A stretch of 64,000 nt of DNA from Gammaproteobacteria bacterium (GTDB taxonomy: Bacteria > Pseudomonadota > Gammaproteobacteria > Ga0077536). Of the stretch, positions 48,068 through 58,265 are shown piece by piece; the stretch's first letter is position 1; the number at the start of each line of letters is the position of its first letter. The notes under the pieces are model-generated. The model saw only the letters and a list, made by a program, of their open reading frames with translations. It was not told the origin of the DNA and made no database searches. Where the stretch lies: positions 30,867 to 94,866 of the forward strand of contig SHZJ01000007.1 in the NCBI GenBank assembly GCA_009692365.1, given 5' to 3'. Both the position numbers and the translations under genes were made by a program.

Positions 48068-49075
48068 TCAGGCTCCTTGGTGGTTGCCGCGCACATCGTC
48101 GCTGTGCGCCAGCAGGGTGTCGAAATAACGGATGGTGCGGGCTAAGCCCTCGCGCAACGCAACCCGCGCCGTCCAGCCTAGCGTGTTGCCCGCCAGGGTG
48201 ATGTCAGGACAGCGGTGCCGGGGGTCATCGCTGGGCAGCGGGCGATAGGTCAGGGTGGAGCGTGAGCCGGTGAGCTCGATCACTAGCGCTGCCAGCTGCG
48301 CGATGGTGAATTCGCTGGGGTTGCCCAGATTCACCGGGCCTACGACTGTGGCGGGCCCGTCCATCAGGGCGATGAGGCCCTCAATGAGATCGTCAACGTA
48401 GCAGAAAGAACGGGTTTGCTGGCCATCGCCGAACAACGTGATGGGCTGGTGGCGCAGCGCCTGCACAATAAAATTGGACACCACCCGGCCGTCGTCAGGG
48501 TGCATGCGCGGCCCATAGGTATTAAAAATTCGCGCTACTTTGATCGCGACGCCGTGCTGTCGGTGGTAATCGAAGAACAGCGTTTCGGCACAGCGTTTGC
48601 CTTCGTCGTAGCAAGCGCGCAGGCCGATCGGATTGGTATGGCCCCAATAGCTTTCGACTTGCGGATGCTGATTGGGGTGGCCGTAGACCTCGCTGGTGGA
48701 CGCCTGCAGAATTTTGGCATCCGTGCGCAGCGCGAGATCCAGCAGATTAATGGCCCCGTGCACGCAGGTTTTGATCGTTTGCACCGGGTTGCGCTGGTAG
48801 TGCACCGGCGAGGCGGGGCAGGCGAGATTGTAGATTTCGTCCACCTCCACGTGCAGCGGCAGCGTTACATCATGACGCAAGAATTCAAACCTCGGGTGGG
48901 TCTGGAACGACCGAATATTGTCCTTGGAGCCGGTAAAGAGGTTGTCGGCGCACAGCACTTCGTCGCCCCGGGCCAACAGGCGTTCCGTTAAGTGGGAGCC
49001 GAGGAAGCCGGCACCGCCGGTAATCAGGATGCGCCGAAGACTTTTTGGGCGGCTGTTACTAGGTAGTTTATTCAT
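48068..49075 (-). CDS. UDP-glucuronate decarboxylase (UDP-xylose synthase, Uxs-like)
   Basis: [57 protein letters not shown]. Confidence 0.92.
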   Translation of the reverse strand: MNKLPSNSRPKSLRRILITGGAGFLGSHLTERLLARGDEVLCADNLFTGSKDNIRSFQTHPRFEFLRHDVTLPLHVEVDEIYNLACPASPVHYQRNPVQTIKTCVHGAINLLDLALRTDAKILQASTSEVYGHPNQHPQVESYWGHTNPIGLRACYDEGKRCAETLFFDYHRQHGVAIKVARIFNTYGPRMHPDDGRVVSNFIVQALRHQPITLFGDGQQTRSFCYVDDLIEGLIALMDGPATVVGPVNLGNPSEFTIAQLAALVIELTGSRSTLTYRPLPSDDPRHRCPDITLAGNTLGWTARVALREGLARTIRYFDTLLAHSDDVRGNHQGA

Positions 49076-49095
49076 TGTTGGCGTTCAACCGAAAG

Positions 49096-49112
49096 CTGGC
49101 ACATGCGTTGCA
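49096..49112 (+). promoter_or_regulatory. Sigma54 promoter for fliK
   Basis: CTGGCACATGCGTTGCA, near-consensus. Confidence 0.8.
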
Positions 49113-49149
49113 ATCTAGCAGTCATGCACCCAACACGGAACCCGTGACC

Positions 49150-50424
49150 ATGCCGAACGCCATTACCAACTTGCCGCCCGCCAGCGCGCCCCAGATCGAG
49201 AAAAGCCCATCAATCCAGAGCGATAGCGCCGCTTCGACGAGCGGTGAGGCGCGAGATTTCGCCGCAACACTGCGCGCGCTCGGTGATGCCAAGACGACTG
49301 ATGCGGCAAAGATCGACCCCGCGGCGGCAACGCCGGTCCCCGAACTGCCGCTGCTTGCCGCGCCCGCGACCATGACCGACGCCATGACCGACGCCATGAC
49401 CGGCGCCATGACCGACGCCATGACCGGCGCCATGACCGGCGCCATGACCGACGCCATGACCGACGCCATGACCGACGCCATGACCGACGCCATGACCGAC
49501 CCCATGACCGACGCCATGACCGACCCCATGACCGGTCCCAGTGCGGTAGCGGTCGCCAGCGTGGGTGATCCCGACGCGGCGGCGGTGGCCGTCAGCGCGC
49601 TGAACTTACCGCTGGTGCTACCCCGCGTGTTTATCCCGGCAGGCTCCCCACAGCTGCGGGTCGCGGCACAGTTTGCGGCACAGTTTGCGGCCGCAGCGAC
49701 CGGCCAATTAGCGGCCAACTCGCCCGCCAATAGCCCGCAGGCGGGCCGTGGGCCACAGCCCGCGGTGACCCCGGTAGGCCCGTCCCCGGACGACGCGCCG
49801 GCGCCGCCCGACGCCTCGCCCGCGGGGTCAGCCCCACCCGCCTTTAAACTGGCTGCGCTGCTGTCCGGCGGACCGCCACGGGACCTCGATGTCCAGCGCC
49901 TGGGCAGCGACACCCCCCCCGTGGGCTTGACCCCCGCGCAGACGGCGCCAGGGGCAGCCCTACACGAACGCGGCCCGACCGGGGTGCTGCACTTGGATAC
50001 TCAGTTGCCGGTAAACACACCGCGGTTCGCCGAGGGCTTGGGGCAGCAGGTCGTGGTGTTGGCCCAAAACGGGGTCCACCAAGCCCAGATGTCCCTCAAT
50101 CCGCCGGAGTTGGGGCCCATCGATGTCCGGGTTACGTTCCATCACAACGAGGTCAGCGTGCAAATTGCGGCCGCCAGCGGTCTGACCCGCGAGACCATCC
50201 AAGAGGCCTTACCCCGGCTGCGCGAACTGATGGATGCGGCCGGGGTCCGGCTCAACGACGCGGGGGTGTTTGCCCAATTGCCGCAACGCGAACAGGCCCC
50301 GCAGGGTCAGGTCCGCAGCGACTGGCTGATGGGTCAGGGTCAGGGCGACAACCTCGCCTTGGATACCGCCGCCATGGGCCCCACGTTGCTGCGGCGGAGC
50401 GGCCTTATCGATGCCTACGCCTGA
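49150..50424 (+). CDS. fliK: Hook-length control protein FliK
   Basis: Low-complexity Ala/Pro N-region; T3S4 domain LNPPELGPIDV...LPRLRE; ends IDAYA; lies before fliL. Confidence 0.92.
   Translation: MPNAITNLPPASAPQIEKSPSIQSDSAASTSGEARDFAATLRALGDAKTTDAAKIDPAAATPVPELPLLAAPATMTDAMTDAMTGAMTDAMTGAMTGAMTDAMTDAMTDAMTDAMTDPMTDAMTDPMTGPSAVAVASVGDPDAAAVAVSALNLPLVLPRVFIPAGSPQLRVAAQFAAQFAAAATGQLAANSPANSPQAGRGPQPAVTPVGPSPDDAPAPPDASPAGSAPPAFKLAALLSGGPPRDLDVQRLGSDTPPVGLTPAQTAPGAALHERGPTGVLHLDTQLPVNTPRFAEGLGQQVVVLAQNGVHQAQMSLNPPELGPIDVRVTFHHNEVSVQIAAASGLTRETIQEALPRLRELMDAAGVRLNDAGVFAQLPQREQAPQGQVRSDWLMGQGQGDNLALDTAAMGPTLLRRSGLIDAYA
49372..49539 (+). repeat. 14 x 12-bp in-frame tandem repeat ATGACCG[A/G]C[G/C]CC encoding MT[D/G][A/P]
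   Basis: Counted directly: 8 MTDA, 3 MTGA, 2 MTDP and 1 MTGP units. Confidence 0.97.
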
Positions 50425-50545
50425 GCACGGGCCGGTGCGTCAAGACCCCGTCGCAGTCGGCTGAAATCAGCGCCAGCTTAGTCAAACGGCTGGCAAAATT
50501 CGCGATATAAAAATATAACCATCTGAAATAAAACAATAAAAAATT

Positions 50546-50562
50546 TCGGCATGCTGCTTGCT
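50546..50562 (+). promoter_or_regulatory. Sigma54 promoter for the fliL operon
   Basis: TCGGCATGCTGCTTGCT after an AT-rich tract; FleQ-box-like GTCAAACGGCTGGC at 50481-50494. Confidence 0.75.
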
Positions 50563-50592
50563 TATTGGGTCTCCAACACAGAGGAGAACAGC

Positions 50593-51198
50593 ATGGCCGA
50601 AGCACCAGTCCCCGCCCCGAGCGGCTCCAGAAAGAAAATGATCGCGCTGATCGTGGTGGGCGTGCTGAGCCTGGTCGGGATTAGCGTGGGGGTCACCATG
50701 TTGCTGACCGGCGGCAAGTCAGACCCTGCGTCAGCCGCCAAAGCCAAGGACTCAGAGGCCGACGACGCTACTGCAAAAGAAGATGGCGACGCCGAAGCGG
50801 CCGCTGCCGAAGAAAAAGACGCCCCGGACGACGAGGCCGCTGCACAGGGCGAAGAGGGCGCAGAAAAACCCTCCGCCTATGTCTCATTAGCGCCCCCGTT
50901 TGTGGTCAATTTTTTAGACGAAAAAAAGCGCACCAAGTTTCTCAAGGCTGAAATCAGCCTCATGGCCAAGTCACCCAAAGTGCAGGCCGCGATCAAGGAA
51001 AATCTACCCGCCGTGCGCAACGCCTTGGTGATGCTTTTTGGCCGCCAAGTTTTTGAGCAGCTGATGACCCCCGACGGCAAGGAAAAACTGCGCGTGGACG
51101 CACTGTTCGAAGTGCGCGCGGTGGTCACCAAAGTGGCTGGAGCAAAAACCGGCAAAGGCATCGGAGACTTGTTCTTCTCCAGCCTCGTCATGCAGTAG
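50593..51198 (+). CDS. fliL: FliL
   Basis: N-terminal TM, acidic linker, FVVNF, GKEKLR, FSSLVMQ. Confidence 0.92.
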   Translation: MAEAPVPAPSGSRKKMIALIVVGVLSLVGISVGVTMLLTGGKSDPASAAKAKDSEADDATAKEDGDAEAAAAEEKDAPDDEAAAQGEEGAEKPSAYVSLAPPFVVNFLDEKKRTKFLKAEISLMAKSPKVQAAIKENLPAVRNALVMLFGRQVFEQLMTPDGKEKLRVDALFEVRAVVTKVAGAKTGKGIGDLFFSSLVMQ

Positions 51199-51214
51199 CA
51201 GACGAACTGTTCCC

Positions 51215-52231
51215 ATGGCCAGTAACGACCTCCTTTCCCAAGACGAAATTGACGCCCTGCTGTCGGGCGTCGATAGCGGCGACATCGACACGGAAGCCGA
51301 CGCTGCGCTCTCAGCCGACGGCACGCGCAGCTACGACTTTGCGACCCAAGACCGCATCGTGCGTGGCCGCATGCCCACGCTGGAAATGATCAACGAGCGT
51401 TTTGCGCGCAATCTACGCGTGCAGTTGTTCAACATGCTGCGCCGCTCGCCGGTTATTTCGGTGGAGGGGATCCAGATGGTGAAGTTTGGCGAATACGTCC
51501 ATTCGCTGCTGATGCCCTCCAATCTCAACGTCATCAAGATCAAGCCGCTGCGCGGTTCGGCGCTCATCGTGTGCAATCCCAAGTTAGTGTTTTCGCTCGT
51601 GGATTGTTTTTTCGGCGGTGACGGCCGTTTCCATACCAAAATCGAAGGGCGCGATTTTACCGGCACCGAAATGCGCATCGTTCGACGCTTGGTGGAGATG
51701 TGTTTTAGTTCACTGGCCGAGGCCTGGGAGCCGGTTGCGCCGCTGAAGTTCGAATATGTAGGGGCCGAAATTAATCCCCATTTCGCCAATATCGTGAGCC
51801 CCAGCGAAGTCGTCGTGGTTTCCACTTTTCACATCGACCTCGAAGGCGGGGCGGGCTATCTCCACATCACCATGCCCTACTCGATGGTGGAGCCCATTCG
51901 CGATTTATTGGACGCCGGCATTCAAAGCGACGTGGCCGAAAAAGACCACCGCTGGAGCGATTTGCTGCAGGACGAAGTGAAACTCGCCCCGGTGGAAATC
52001 AGCTCAACTATCGGCACGGCCGAGGTCACCGTGCGCGACGTGCTCGCGTTTAAACCCGGCGATGTTCTGGGCATTGAAATGCCCGATCTACTGACCGCCT
52101 GTGTTGACGATATTCCGATTTTTCGCGCCCGCTACGGCCAGTCGCGGGGTAACTACGCCTTGAAAGTGGTTGAAATGTTGCGGCATTCAGAGCTAACGCC
52201 GCGACTCCAGGAACTGGGAGCGATGACATGA
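51215..52231 (+). CDS. fliM: FliM
   Basis: LLSQDEIDALL, RGRMPTLEMINERFAR. Confidence 0.97.
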   Translation: MASNDLLSQDEIDALLSGVDSGDIDTEADAALSADGTRSYDFATQDRIVRGRMPTLEMINERFARNLRVQLFNMLRRSPVISVEGIQMVKFGEYVHSLLMPSNLNVIKIKPLRGSALIVCNPKLVFSLVDCFFGGDGRFHTKIEGRDFTGTEMRIVRRLVEMCFSSLAEAWEPVAPLKFEYVGAEINPHFANIVSPSEVVVVSTFHIDLEGGAGYLHITMPYSMVEPIRDLLDAGIQSDVAEKDHRWSDLLQDEVKLAPVEISSTIGTAEVTVRDVLAFKPGDVLGIEMPDLLTACVDDIPIFRARYGQSRGNYALKVVEMLRHSELTPRLQELGAMT

Positions 52232-52653
52232 GTGGTGCCGATAACGCAGAAGAAGACGATTGGGCGGCGGCGCTCGCCGAGCAGCGCGCGGCAGAGGCCG
52301 GCGCCAAGCCGGTGTCGCCAGCCGCGGCGAGTTCCATTTTTGAGCCCGCGAAAATGGAGTTTTTTCAGTCCACCGGAGAACTCGGTGGGAAAATTGCCGA
52401 TCTGGATTCGATCCTGGATATCCCGGTGATGCTGTCGGTAGAGATCGGCAAAACCCGACTCAGTATCCGTAACCTGCTGCAGCTCAACCAAGGCTCGGTG
52501 GTGGAACTAGACCGCCTGGCCGGCGAGCCCTTGGACGTCATGATCAACGGCACGCTGGTGGCGCACGGTGAGGTGGTGGTGGTGAACGAGAAGTTCGGCA
52601 TCCGTCTGACCGACGTCGTGAGCGCGCAGGAACGTGTGAAGAAGCTGCGCTAA
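52228..52653 (+). CDS. fliN: FliN
   Basis: ILDIPV, GSVVELDRLAGEPLD, GEVVVVNEKFGIR. Confidence 0.97.
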   Translation: MSGADNAEEDDWAAALAEQRAAEAGAKPVSPAAASSIFEPAKMEFFQSTGELGGKIADLDSILDIPVMLSVEIGKTRLSIRNLLQLNQGSVVELDRLAGEPLDVMINGTLVAHGEVVVVNEKFGIRLTDVVSAQERVKKLR

Positions 52654-53082
52654 ATGATGTTCCTTGCCCCTTACATACGCGCGCGCACGCGGCTCTTGGT
52701 TGCTCTGCTGGTGCCGGCCGGCGCGCAGGCGGCAGCCCCGACGCCGGCCCCCCTGCTGCCGGTGGGTTTGGGGGACCTCGGTCAGGTCGCGGGTTCTCTG
52801 GTGTTGGTGTTGTTATTGATTGGCGGCTTGGCGTGGGGCGCACAGCGGCTGCGCCTGACCAAAGGGTCTGCCGGCCGTCATTTGCGGGTAGTCGACGCGC
52901 TGTCGCTGGGCACCCGCGAACGGCTGCTGCTGGTGGAGGTAGATGGCGAGCGCTTACTGCTGGGCGTGGCAGGCGGCCAGTTACGCCGCCTCCATGTGTT
53001 GTCGGCGCCGGCGATCCCGGAATTTGCCAGCGCGTTGCACGCGGCAACCCACGCCGGCCGGGTTGAGACCCTCGCCCCATGA
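52654..53082 (+). CDS. fliO: FliO
   Basis: TM helix, [14 protein letters not shown]. Confidence 0.88.
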   Translation: MMFLAPYIRARTRLLVALLVPAGAQAAAPTPAPLLPVGLGDLGQVAGSLVLVLLLIGGLAWGAQRLRLTKGSAGRHLRVVDALSLGTRERLLLVEVDGERLLLGVAGGQLRRLHVLSAPAIPEFASALHAATHAGRVETLAP

Positions 53083-53813
53083 GCCGCTGGTTCGCGCTGC
53101 TGGCGCTGCTGCTGGCGTTTCCCGCGCACGCCCAACAAGGGCTAGAGGCGCTGTCGGTCACCACTAACGCGAACGGCTCGCAGACCTACACCCTGAGTCT
53201 ACAAATTCTGGTGTTGATGACGGCGCTCACGTTGCTGCCGTCCATCCTGCTCGCCATGACCGCCTTCACCCGCATCATCATCGTGCTGGCCATTTTGCGG
53301 CAGGCGCTGGGAACCGCCCAGACACCTTCCAGCCAGGTGCTCATCGCGCTGGCTTTATTCATGACCGCTTTCGTGATGGCCCCCGTGATCGACCGCATCC
53401 ACGCTGATGCCGTCACGCCTTATATGGAAGAAAAAATTGGCTTGAACGAGGCCTTGGAAAAAGCCCAGACGCCACTGCGCGAATTCATGCTCGCCCAGAC
53501 CCGAGAAACGGACCTGCGGCTGTTTGTGGACATGGCCGCGCAGGACGATATTCCCGAACCCGCTGCCACCCCCTTGACCATGCTGGTGCCGGCCTTTCTG
53601 ACCAGCGAACTGAAGACCGGATTTCAGATCGGCTTTCTCATTTTTCTGCCGTTTCTCGTCATCGATTTGGTCGTGGCCAGTGTGTTGATGTCCATGGGTA
53701 TGGTGATGCTCTCGCCGCTCATCATCTCCTTGCCGTTCAAGTTGATGTTGTTTGTGCTAGTCGATGGCTGGGCGCTCATCGTGGGCTCCCTGGCCGCCAG
53801 TTTCTACACCTAA
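53079..53813 (+). CDS. fliP: FliP
   Basis: [33 protein letters not shown]. Confidence 0.97.
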   Translation: MSRWFALLALLLAFPAHAQQGLEALSVTTNANGSQTYTLSLQILVLMTALTLLPSILLAMTAFTRIIIVLAILRQALGTAQTPSSQVLIALALFMTAFVMAPVIDRIHADAVTPYMEEKIGLNEALEKAQTPLREFMLAQTRETDLRLFVDMAAQDDIPEPAATPLTMLVPAFLTSELKTGFQIGFLIFLPFLVIDLVVASVLMSMGMVMLSPLIISLPFKLMLFVLVDGWALIVGSLAASFYT

Positions 53814-53835
53814 GGTCGGACCGGGAGCTCGCGAT

Positions 53836-54105
53836 ATGACGCCTGAACTGGTGGTCACCCTAGGCCGGGGCGCGTTGGAAGTCACCCTGATGATGATGGC
53901 GCTGCTGCTGATTCCTTCGCTGGTGGTGGGCGTGGTGATTGGGGTGCTGCAGGCGGCCACCCAGATCAATGAAAGCACGCTGAGTTTCATCCCCAAGCTG
54001 CTGACGACTGCTCTGGTGCTGGTGCTGGGCGGGCCCTTCCTGCTGCGCGTGCTCAGCGACTACACCACGCAGCTGTTTGCGCTCATTCCCTCGCTGGCGC
54101 ATTGA
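53836..54105 (+). CDS. fliQ: FliQ
   Basis: QAATQINESTLSFIPK. Confidence 0.95.
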   Translation: MTPELVVTLGRGALEVTLMMMALLLIPSLVVGVVIGVLQAATQINESTLSFIPKLLTTALVLVLGGPFLLRVLSDYTTQLFALIPSLAH

Positions 54106-54114
54106 AACCAGCAC

Positions 54115-54897
54115 ATGCTGGCCGTTACCGAAACCCAACTGATGACCTGGCTGGCGGCCTTTTTATGGCCGTTTTTGCGGGTCAGTGTGTTTGTCGTGAC
54201 CGCGCCGGTGCTGGGCACGCGAGCGCTGCCCGCGCGCGTGCGGTTGATCTTTGCCGTGGGGCTGACGATTATTCTGGTGCCGCTAGGCGGCATGGTTGCG
54301 CCTGCGGGTCCGATACTCAGCCCGACCGGCTTGGTAATCGCCGTGCAGCAGGTGCTCATCGGCGCCACCCTCGGACTGGTATTGCGAGCAATTTTTCTGG
54401 TGTTTGAATTTTCCGGGCAAATCGTGGCGCAACAAATGGGCCTGGGGTTTGCCGCTATGGTTGACCCGGCCTCGGGCGCGCAGGTGCCGGTGGTTTCGCA
54501 ACTCTACGCGACGCTGGGCATCTTGATGTTCCTCGCCTTCAACGGGCACCTGCAGTTGATTGAACTGCTGGTCAACAGTTTTACCCTGATGCCACCCGGC
54601 ACCAATGGCATCACCCGCGCGGCGCTGGCCTTTGTCATCGACTGGATAGGCCAACTGCTGGCCATGGGCATTTCGCTGATGCTGCCGGCCATCGCCGCCC
54701 TGCTGATCGTCAATCTGGTCTTTGGCGTGATCGCGCGCTCGGCGCCCCAGTTCAATATTTTCTCGATCGGTTTTCCCATCCTGATCCTGTTTGGCATAGC
54801 GGTGCTGCTTATGATGTCCGGCATTCTGGCGGACCAGATGGAAGCTGTTTTTACGGCAGGCTTTACCACGGCCTACGAAGTCCTGCGCCGGCCATAA
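54115..54897 (+). CDS. fliR: FliR
   Basis: QMGLGFAAMVDP, APQFNIFSIGFP. Confidence 0.95.
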   Translation: MLAVTETQLMTWLAAFLWPFLRVSVFVVTAPVLGTRALPARVRLIFAVGLTIILVPLGGMVAPAGPILSPTGLVIAVQQVLIGATLGLVLRAIFLVFEFSGQIVAQQMGLGFAAMVDPASGAQVPVVSQLYATLGILMFLAFNGHLQLIELLVNSFTLMPPGTNGITRAALAFVIDWIGQLLAMGISLMLPAIAALLIVNLVFGVIARSAPQFNIFSIGFPILILFGIAVLLMMSGILADQMEAVFTAGFTTAYEVLRRP

Positions 54898-54900
54898 GCA

Positions 54901-56031
54901 ATGGCACAGGAATCAGAAAGTGGTCAGGAACGCACCGAAGAGGCCAGTGCTCAGCGGCGCACCCAAGCCCGCGAACGCGGCGAGGTACCGCGCTCGCGCG
55001 AGCTCGGCACCACCCTGTTGCTCATGGCCGCTACTGCGGTGCTGTGGATCTCCTCCGCGCGCTTCATCGGCGCTATCCAGGGCGCCATGCGGGCAGATTT
55101 CCGGGTTGAGCGCGGGCTGCGGATGAGCGATGTAGAGATGTTGCACGCGATGCACGAAGCCCTGATGGCGGTGTTGACCTCGCTGGCGCCTTTTTTGCTG
55201 GTGTCGGCGGTGGTCTCGGTGGCCGGCGGGATCGCGTTGGGGGGGTGGAATTTTTCGGCCGAGGGACTGGCATTTAAATGGCAGCGTCTCGACCCGTTAG
55301 CCGGCGTTGGGCGGATGTTCTCCGTCAAAAGTCTGGTGGAACTGGCTAAAGCGTTCACCAAATTTGCACTTTTGCTCAGCATAGGACTGGCCAGCATGTG
55401 GCACGACGCGCCGGCTATCAGCCAGCTTGCCAGCCTGCCGATAGGGCCCGCGTTTGCGGCCACCGGCGCGCTGGCGTTCAAAGCATTTTTGATAGTTTCC
55501 TCCGGCACGCTGTTGATTGCGCTGGTCGATGTGCCATTCCAGCTGTGGGATTATGCGCGTAATCAACGCATGACCCGCCAAGAAGTGCGCGAGGAGTCGC
55601 GTGAAAGCGAAGGCTCACCGGAGGTCAAGGCGCGGATCCGGGGGCTGCAGCAGGAATTGGCTCGGCGCCGCATGATGGAACAAGTGCCCAAGGCCGATGT
55701 GGTGGTTACCAATCCAGAACACTATGCCGTGGCACTGCGCTTCGACCCGGCCACGATGTCGGCCCCGCAGTTGGTGGCGAAGGGCATGGACCACACCGCG
55801 TTGCGCATTCGGGAGATTGCACGCGAGTCCGGCATCACCATGCTGGAAGCCCCGCCGCTGGCGCGGGCGGTTTATCACACGACCAAGATCAACCATGAAA
55901 TTCCCGCCGGTCTGTATTTGGCGGTCGCGCAGGTGTTGGCCTACGTTTTCCAATTGCGCCGTCGCCAGCCCGGCGGTCCTCAGCCACTGCCGCCGCGTGA
56001 ACTACCCATCCCACCCGAGTTGGCGCATTGA
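54901..56031 (+). CDS. flhB: FlhB
   Basis: ERTEEAS, EGSPEVK, autocleavage motif NPEH. Confidence 0.96.
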   Translation: MAQESESGQERTEEASAQRRTQARERGEVPRSRELGTTLLLMAATAVLWISSARFIGAIQGAMRADFRVERGLRMSDVEMLHAMHEALMAVLTSLAPFLLVSAVVSVAGGIALGGWNFSAEGLAFKWQRLDPLAGVGRMFSVKSLVELAKAFTKFALLLSIGLASMWHDAPAISQLASLPIGPAFAATGALAFKAFLIVSSGTLLIALVDVPFQLWDYARNQRMTRQEVREESRESEGSPEVKARIRGLQQELARRRMMEQVPKADVVVTNPEHYAVALRFDPATMSAPQLVAKGMDHTALRIREIARESGITMLEAPPLARAVYHTTKINHEIPAGLYLAVAQVLAYVFQLRRRQPGGPQPLPPRELPIPPELAH

Positions 56032-56116
56032 ACGCGCCATCTCTGACCGGCTGGGGTATTTTTTTGGCGCTTGCGCCCAGCCCTGACCGCCACCCCCTCA
56101 CCACCCGAGCAAGCCT

Positions 56117-58225
56117 ATGGCCACGTTAGTTCCCACGACCTCTAGCCGCCAAGTGTTAGGAACCCTCCAGCGCAACGGCCTGGCCGTGCCCGGCATGCTG
56201 CTCGCGCTGCTGGCGATGATGATTCTGCCGCTGCCGCCGCTGCTGCTCGACGTCTTATTCACTTTCAATATCGCGCTGTCCATTATCGTGCTGCTGGCGA
56301 GCATCTACGCGCGCCGGCCGCTCGATTTTGCGGCTTTCCCCTCGGTGCTGCTGGGCGCCACGCTGTTGCGCTTGGCGCTCAATATTGCCTCGACCCGGGT
56401 GGTGCTGCTGCACGGGCACACCGGTCCGACCGCGGCGGGTCAAGTCATTCACGCGTTTGGCAATTTCGTCATCGGCGGCAACTACGCCGTGGGTTTCGTG
56501 GTGTTTGCCATCTTGGTCATTATCAATTTTGTGGTGGTGACCAAGGGCGCCGGGCGCATCGCAGAAGTCAGTGCGCGGTTTACCCTGGACGCTATGCCGG
56601 GCAAGCAAATGGCGATCGACGCAGACCTCAACGCCGGCGTGCTCAGCCAACAGGATGCCAAGAAGCGGCGCCTGGAAGTCACGCAGGAAGCCGATTTCTA
56701 CGGTGCGATGGACGGCGCGAGCAAGTTCGTGCGCGGCGACGCCGTGGCGGGCATCCTCATCGTGTTCATCAATATCTTGGGTGGTTTCATCATCGGGGTG
56801 ATGCAGCATGGCCTGTCGATGGGTGACGCCGTGCGCATTTTCACGCTGCTGACAATCGGTGACGGTTTGGTGGCGCAGATTCCCGGCCTGTTGCTGGCGG
56901 TGGCTTCGGCCGTCATCGTGACCCGGGTGTCCGCGGATGCGGATATGACCCAGCAAGTGGCCAACCAACTCTTCGAGGACCCGCGGGCGCTGGGGGTCAC
57001 GGCCGGTATTCTTGCCACCATGGGCCTCATTCCGGGCATGCCTAATGTGGCGTTTCTCACCATGGCCGCGGGCGCCGGCTACACGGCCTATCGGATCGCG
57101 CAGCGCCGCCGGCAACACGCAGAGGTGGCGCTCGAGGTGCCGCCGCCGCCGCCGCCGATGGACACCAAAGAGTTGTCGTGGGATGACGTACAACCCATTG
57201 ACGCCATTGGGCTGGAGGTGGGCTATCGCGTGATCCCCTTGGTCGACCGCGCCCAGAACGGCCAATTGCTGGGCCGGCTGCGGGGCGTGCGCAAGAAACT
57301 GTCGCAGGAACTCGGTTTCCTCATCCCGGCGGTGCATATCCGCGACAACTTGGAACTCGACCCCGCCGCCTACCGCATCACGGTACACGGCGCGACCATC
57401 GGCAACGCCTCCATCCAGCCGGGCAAGGAACTCGCCATCAACCCCGGCCAGGTGTACGGCCAACTGCGCGGGGTCGTCATCAAGGACCCCGTTTTTAATC
57501 TGGAGGCGGTGTGGATCGGCGGGGAGCAGCGCGAGCAGGCCCAATCGCTGGGCTATACGGTGGTCGATGCCAGCACCGTGGTGGCAACCCACATGAGCCA
57601 GGTCATTCAAGACCATGCCCATGAGCTCCTTGGTCACGACGAGGTGCAGAAGTTATTGGACGGGCTCGCTAAGACCAGCCCGAAACTGGTGGAGGACGCC
57701 GTGCCCAAGGTTGTGCCCGTGGGGCTGTTGGTGCGCGTGATGCAAAACCTCCTGCGGGAGCATGTGCCGGCGCGTGATATCCGGACAATTCTGGAGGTTT
57801 TGGCCGAGCGTGGCGGTAAGAGTCAAGACCCCGTCGTCTTGACGGCCGCAGTGCGCGAAGCGATGGCGAGAATAATAATCGAACAAATCAATGGACTAGA
57901 AGATGAACTGCCGGTAATCACCTTGGATTATTCGTTGGAACAGATATTGCTACGTTCGGTTGAGAGTGGGGTTGAGACAGGTATCGCCATTGAACCGAAT
58001 CTCGCTAATCGCTTCGCCCAGTCACTGCGCGAGGCGCACGAGAAGCAGGAGTTGGCGAGCCAACCCTCGGTGCTCCTGGTGCCGAGCAACCTGCGCGAGT
58101 TTTTGGCGAGGTTTGTCCGGCAAAGCGTGAAGGGGATGCATGTCATCAGCTTCAACGAGGTGCCGGACGACAAGCAGCTCCGGATTGTGGCGACGGTGGG
58201 TGATGGCTCTGGGCCACGCCGCTAA
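56117..58225 (+). CDS. flhA: FlhA
   Basis: ARFTLDAMPGKQMAIDADL, FYGAMDGASKFVRGDA. Confidence 0.97.
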   Translation: MATLVPTTSSRQVLGTLQRNGLAVPGMLLALLAMMILPLPPLLLDVLFTFNIALSIIVLLASIYARRPLDFAAFPSVLLGATLLRLALNIASTRVVLLHGHTGPTAAGQVIHAFGNFVIGGNYAVGFVVFAILVIINFVVVTKGAGRIAEVSARFTLDAMPGKQMAIDADLNAGVLSQQDAKKRRLEVTQEADFYGAMDGASKFVRGDAVAGILIVFINILGGFIIGVMQHGLSMGDAVRIFTLLTIGDGLVAQIPGLLLAVASAVIVTRVSADADMTQQVANQLFEDPRALGVTAGILATMGLIPGMPNVAFLTMAAGAGYTAYRIAQRRRQHAEVALEVPPPPPPMDTKELSWDDVQPIDAIGLEVGYRVIPLVDRAQNGQLLGRLRGVRKKLSQELGFLIPAVHIRDNLELDPAAYRITVHGATIGNASIQPGKELAINPGQVYGQLRGVVIKDPVFNLEAVWIGGEQREQAQSLGYTVVDASTVVATHMSQVIQDHAHELLGHDEVQKLLDGLAKTSPKLVEDAVPKVVPVGLLVRVMQNLLREHVPARDIRTILEVLAERGGKSQDPVVLTAAVREAMARIIIEQINGLEDELPVITLDYSLEQILLRSVESGVETGIAIEPNLANRFAQSLREAHEKQELASQPSVLLVPSNLREFLARFVRQSVKGMHVISFNEVPDDKQLRIVATVGDGSGPRR

Positions 58226-58265
58226 ACGCAAGTAACCGATTAACTGGCTGAGGGGGAAACGACGC

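Noticed and set aside
49372-49539. Repeat array as a CRISPR
   Set aside because: Contiguous 12-mers without spacers, in frame within fliK, and no cas genes.
55711-55722. FlhB NPEH instead of NPTH
   Set aside because: Known functional variant in polar-flagellated gammaproteobacteria.
56020-56036. Sigma54 promoter for flhA (TTGGCGCATTGAACGC)
   Set aside because: GG-N10-GC spacing holds but the -12 element is poor and it overlaps the flhB stop; not enough support.
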